A DNA stretch of 64,000 nucleotides from Centroscyllium fabricii (taxonomy: Eukaryota). Made by a program: the position numbers and the translations under genes. Below are positions 60,033-64,000 of the stretch, piece by piece; positions within the stretch are counted from its first letter, which is position 1, and the number at the start of each line of letters is the position of its first letter. The notes under the pieces were generated by a model. The model worked only from the letters and a program-made list of their open reading frames with translations, searched no databases and was not told the origin of the DNA. Location of the stretch: the NCBI GenBank assembly GCA_051313645.2, contig JBNRSN020000003.1, positions 84,444,001 to 84,508,000 of the forward strand, read 5' to 3'.

Positions 60033-60061
<29 letters not shown>
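60033..60061. repeat. (AT)n microsatellite
   Basis: Direct reading. Confidence 0.9.
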
Positions 60062-60064
<3 letters not shown>

Positions 60065-60499
60065 GTTGAACACCATTAATCCAGCAGGGTCGGGACCAGC
60101 ACCCTACCGGATTCTTGAAAATGCCGACTGATTGAAGCCACGAAATTTTGAATGATCTGCGCATGCGCCGCCGAACGGCGAGCGCATGCGCAGATCATTC
60201 AAAATGGCCACCGCAAAGTTTTGAATGACCTGCGCAGGTACTGCAAAACGGCGAACTTTTGAATGGTCTGTGCATGCGCTCGCCGTTCGGCGGCGCATGC
60301 GCAAATCATTCAAGACTTCCGGCAGCCATTTTGAATGATCTGCGTATGCGCTCGCCGTTCGGCGGCGCATGCGCAGATCATTCGTCGAAGCATCAATCGT
60401 GGTGGCCATTTTGCGCATGCGCAGGGCAGTCAGGGCAATTTATGCCGGACGACTGAAGCTGCCAGCTTAACGATTACCAGATTAACGGTCTTCAGCCTG
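60062..60499. mobile_element. Tigger-like MITE with internal palindromic repeats
   Basis: TA|CAGGTTGAACACCATTAATC...GATTAACGGTCTTCAGCCTG|TA. Confidence 0.75.
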
Positions 60500-62549
60500 T
60501 AGGAAATCTATCTATCTCCTCAAATTGGAAAAATAAAAAAGTCTGTGAATTTAAATGCTAACCGATATCTCGACAAAGAACAGCTATATGCAGAGCTGCC
60601 CTCCTTGTTTCCTTACTAGCTGTGGGAGCGAGCTAAAATCTACGAAGATTGCCGTTTCATTCAACTATACTCATTGGACTATTCACAGGTCACTCCTTTT
60701 ATAGCCCTTGACTTGTTGCCAAGTCTCATTAGAAATTCATAACTGCCAGACTCATTAAAAAAACCAGGCTGCCATGTTCATAACTGAACCAATCGCAAAG
60801 TGTGGATCATATTGAAAATTGCATGTTACACTTGTACACATGCCTGTTACCAGGGAAACTATAACAACAAACTTTACATGGTGGAGGTTGCTCAGGTGGC
60901 TTTTTAACTTTTCATGAATTGTGCCTGATTTAAAGGTACAACTACCAGATCAAAAGAAAAACAGAACTGCTTCAGATAGAACCTAGCCAGTCTTGAAATA
61001 GACCAAACAAATAAGCTTCAGTACCAGCTAAGGGCACGCTCTATTTGAATCTTACAGCAAATGAACTCTGGGCTCTATGGAAGATCCATTCAAATATGAA
61101 ATTACAACTGACGTGTATTATGTTGAAATAAAAAAACACCTGCATGTCCTGGAAATCTAAAAACAAGACAGGAATTAAACAGCCGATCAGTCAGCATCTG
61201 TAATGAGAAAACACAGATTATGGCATTTCAACCCTTCATTAGAACTGAATTTGAAAAGTGAATGAAAAATATTAATAAGGTTGGAAAAAAATGATAATTA
61301 ACATTGAAAAGTAATTAAAAAACAGCTACATTGGAACACAGCTGGTGTTAAATATTTAATATTCAATGCATTTACTATCAATTTCTTTCCTTTTTAACTG
61401 CCCTCATTATTTATATGTGGTCAGATACTTTGGTACAATTTATATTTCAGGCTTAGATAGCTTAGCTGCTGTATTAAGAGAATTCCATTTTCAAATAGGC
61501 ATAACATCAGAAATAAACTTTACATAACTCCACGTGTCCAACAGGCATTGCATCAAGGTAGCTGTCCCATCTGGACTGACGCTTTTTATGGGAAAAGTCA
61601 TTGCTAATTTTTACGTGAATTAATTGACAGCAGAAGCCGCAAAGAATCAGAATGTCAAATTAAAATCCCTACAGTTGTCGACGGTATCGCTCAATGACAG
61701 CTGTCTGCGTTTCTCTTGTCATCAATTTGTTCACCCAAACTGCTTCTCAAGTGACCCTGAACATTTCCCCGTGACATGACAGGGCAGTTCACTGAATATC
61801 TAGCAGCTTGTCTTGCAACATTAAACTCGAACTCTTGCTATTAATAGGTCAAAGGAGAAGAACTGCCAAGGATGAGCAAATTCTTCAGGTTTGATTTGAG
61901 GGGCAGGCTACTTAATATGGTCCCTTGGATTTTTAAAATTAATTTGTTTATTAAATTGTGAGACTGAATCTAATTGGACTAAAATAAGTAAGTTATTTTT
62001 GATGTTCTTTCTTGAAAAAAACACAAATTTTTCACTGAGGTATATTTACAGTTGCAAGTAAGTATGAGATAAGCTAGGGGTATCCAAACTATGGTTCCTA
62101 AACCCTGGTTATCCAGCCCCTCAAGTCCTGGCTGTTCAACCCCCACCACCTCCACACCCCTCCCAACGCACCCCCCACCCCCCCACCCCCTCACCCCCCA
62201 CCCTCCCCACTCCCCACCCGCCCCCCCAGCCTGAACAGGCCAGGTAGCAATGGCAGGGAGACTTCAAATGGCAAGTCAAACTTTTTCTTACAAGTCCCCA
62301 ATGTATCCTCAGAACTTGAGACATAGACCTTCTGACTACTGCCTTTGGGCAGCAGCCAGGAGGCTCCACAGCCAGCATTGGTTACCACAAGAGGCCTGCA
62401 ACAGTGGCTGGACTTCTGCCTCAAAATTAGGGTGCTGGTCCATGCAAAGGGGGCAGGCCTGTGCCTGGAATCAGGAAATTCAGGCAATTCTGGGGGGAGG
62501 GAGCAAATAGGACCCTAGGTTACGCCCATATAAATTCAGGCAAATAAAA

Positions 62550-62705
62550 ACCACAAAGATGTGCGAGTTAGGTTGATTGGCCAGGATAAATTGACCCTTA
62601 GTGTTAGGGGGATTAAATATGTGGGGGTTACGGGGATAGGGTGGGATAGGCTCGATGGGCCGAAATGGCCTCTATCTGCACTGTAGGGATTCCATGATTC
62701 TATGA
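62550..62705 (+). mobile_element. 5'-truncated V-SINE variant
   Basis: CAAAGATGTGCGAGTTAGGTTGATTGGCC...GATTCTATGA tail. Confidence 0.75.
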
Positions 62706-63582
62706 AAGTAGCACGTTTAAACAAAACAGGAGAAGGAAAATCTAATGGTTTACAAATCCATACTAGTCAACTTTCCTTAATGAAAGGATGATCTCCGCTG
62801 AAATCAGGCAGAGGAATTCTTGTGGAATGTGCCCAGCAGTGAAATTTATTTTTACAGACTGACCAAGATGTGTTCTTTTTTTAAGAAACGTCTCTGTTGA
62901 GCTATCAGACAGACTGCTTGATGAATCATTCCTCTCTATATAACATTTACAGAATGTGTTCGCTTCAGTTCTGCTTGAATACAATGGCAGTTGTCTGGAT
63001 GATAGTCGGTAAGCATTACCCTTCAAAGAAAGACTTATAAAAGTTAACAGTGTAGGAGACATAAAAGGCAAATCCTTTCCATTCAAATCCTTTACTCCTA
63101 TCATTAACTTGCACTTTAATGATACCAAGAGATGAAAAACCCTTCAAAAGTTTCCGTGTTCGTGAATGTAGATTATCACTAGGGTAAGTGATTGACCATG
63201 ATAAGTAATTTATTATCACTTAAATGTGCTCAGACACTGCAGTCACGGGCCCCGATATTTACGAGGAGAGATCGGGTGAGTGCGGTTGCGGGGAAAAAAC
63301 CCGGAAACGCAGAGGCCTTGACCAATTTTCTCTCTAAACTGGGCACGTGCGTGGCAGTGCTGCACTGGGGAGGTACCACACAGGCCGCTCACTAGCTGTT
63401 CTCTCTGGATACCGAGCGCAACAAATTTAAAAGTGCTGCGCACCAACATATTCTTTTAGAGTTTCTGACCTCATTGTCGTTCCTTTACTCCGTTTCTCAC
63501 CTGGCAGCGGGCCAGATTGAGAGGCTGGCCGGCTGCCGGGCAAGAAAGCCACCAGTAGAAGGCCACAGCTGGAGACTCTTGA

Positions 63583-63969
63583 GAACACAGAAATTCAGAA
63601 ACACAGAAGATAGGAGCAGGAGTAGGCCATTCGGCCCTTCGAGCCTGCTCTGCCATTTTTGATGAGATCATGGCTGATCATTCAAACCCAGCAACCCCCC
63701 TCCTACCCTCTCCCCATATCCCCCGACACCCCCAACTCTAAGAACTATATCTCGCACACATACTCATGGGCAATTTTTAGTATCTCCAATTCACCTAACT
63801 TGCATGTCTTTGGGTGGTGGGAGGAAACCGGAGTACCCGGAGAAAACCCACACGAACACGGGGAGAACGTGCAAACTCCACGCAGAGAGGTCCCGGGCCA
63901 AGCAGGATTCGAACCCAGGAGCCTCCTTATTGCGAGGCAGCAGTGCTAACCACTGCGCCACCGTGTCAT
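63583..63969 (-). mobile_element. HE1-related V-SINE inside a probable MITE starting ~63247
   Basis: CR1 tail, V domain, CAGTGCTAACCACTGCGCCACCG head. Confidence 0.85.
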
Positions 63970-64000
63970 CCCCAGCAACTGGGAAAGATCACGGGGCGGG

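Noticed and set aside
1-64000. Prokaryotic defence, retron or DGR system
   Set aside because: All RT, integrase and nuclease ORFs belong to eukaryotic Gypsy, CR1, RTE or Penelope elements; there is no operon structure.

Overview
Eukaryotic, repeat-dominated window, almost certainly from a shark or ray (HE1 V-SINEs, CR1/HER1-type LINEs, Penelope elements). No host gene is confidently recognisable. Most of the window is nested retroelements whose boundaries can be fixed by LTR termini and target-site duplications (TSDs). Main observations: (1) A decayed ~16.7-kb LTR provirus (3-16688, minus) has an env that, once three insertions are removed, reads as a class I fusion protein of Mononegavirales-F/lokiretrovirus type (furin site RRQRR, fusion peptide, HR1, Cys-rich region, HR2, TM). 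Its gag-pol is lost. (2) Three divergent Gypsy elements have no tRNA primer-binding site (PBS). Each instead carries a co-varying 12-15 nt complement of its own LTR poly(A)-signal region at the PBS position, suggesting tRNA-independent self-priming. (3) A non-autonomous Mag-like element has a ~270-aa coiled-coil domain in place of RT/RH/IN. (4) There are unusual integration and repair scars: a 491-bp flanking duplication, a 279-bp templated patch in an LTR, and a head-to-head Penelope structure inside one 15-bp TSD. (5) Penelope ends carry several minimal hammerhead ribozyme motifs. Family names come from motif recognition only; no database search was run.
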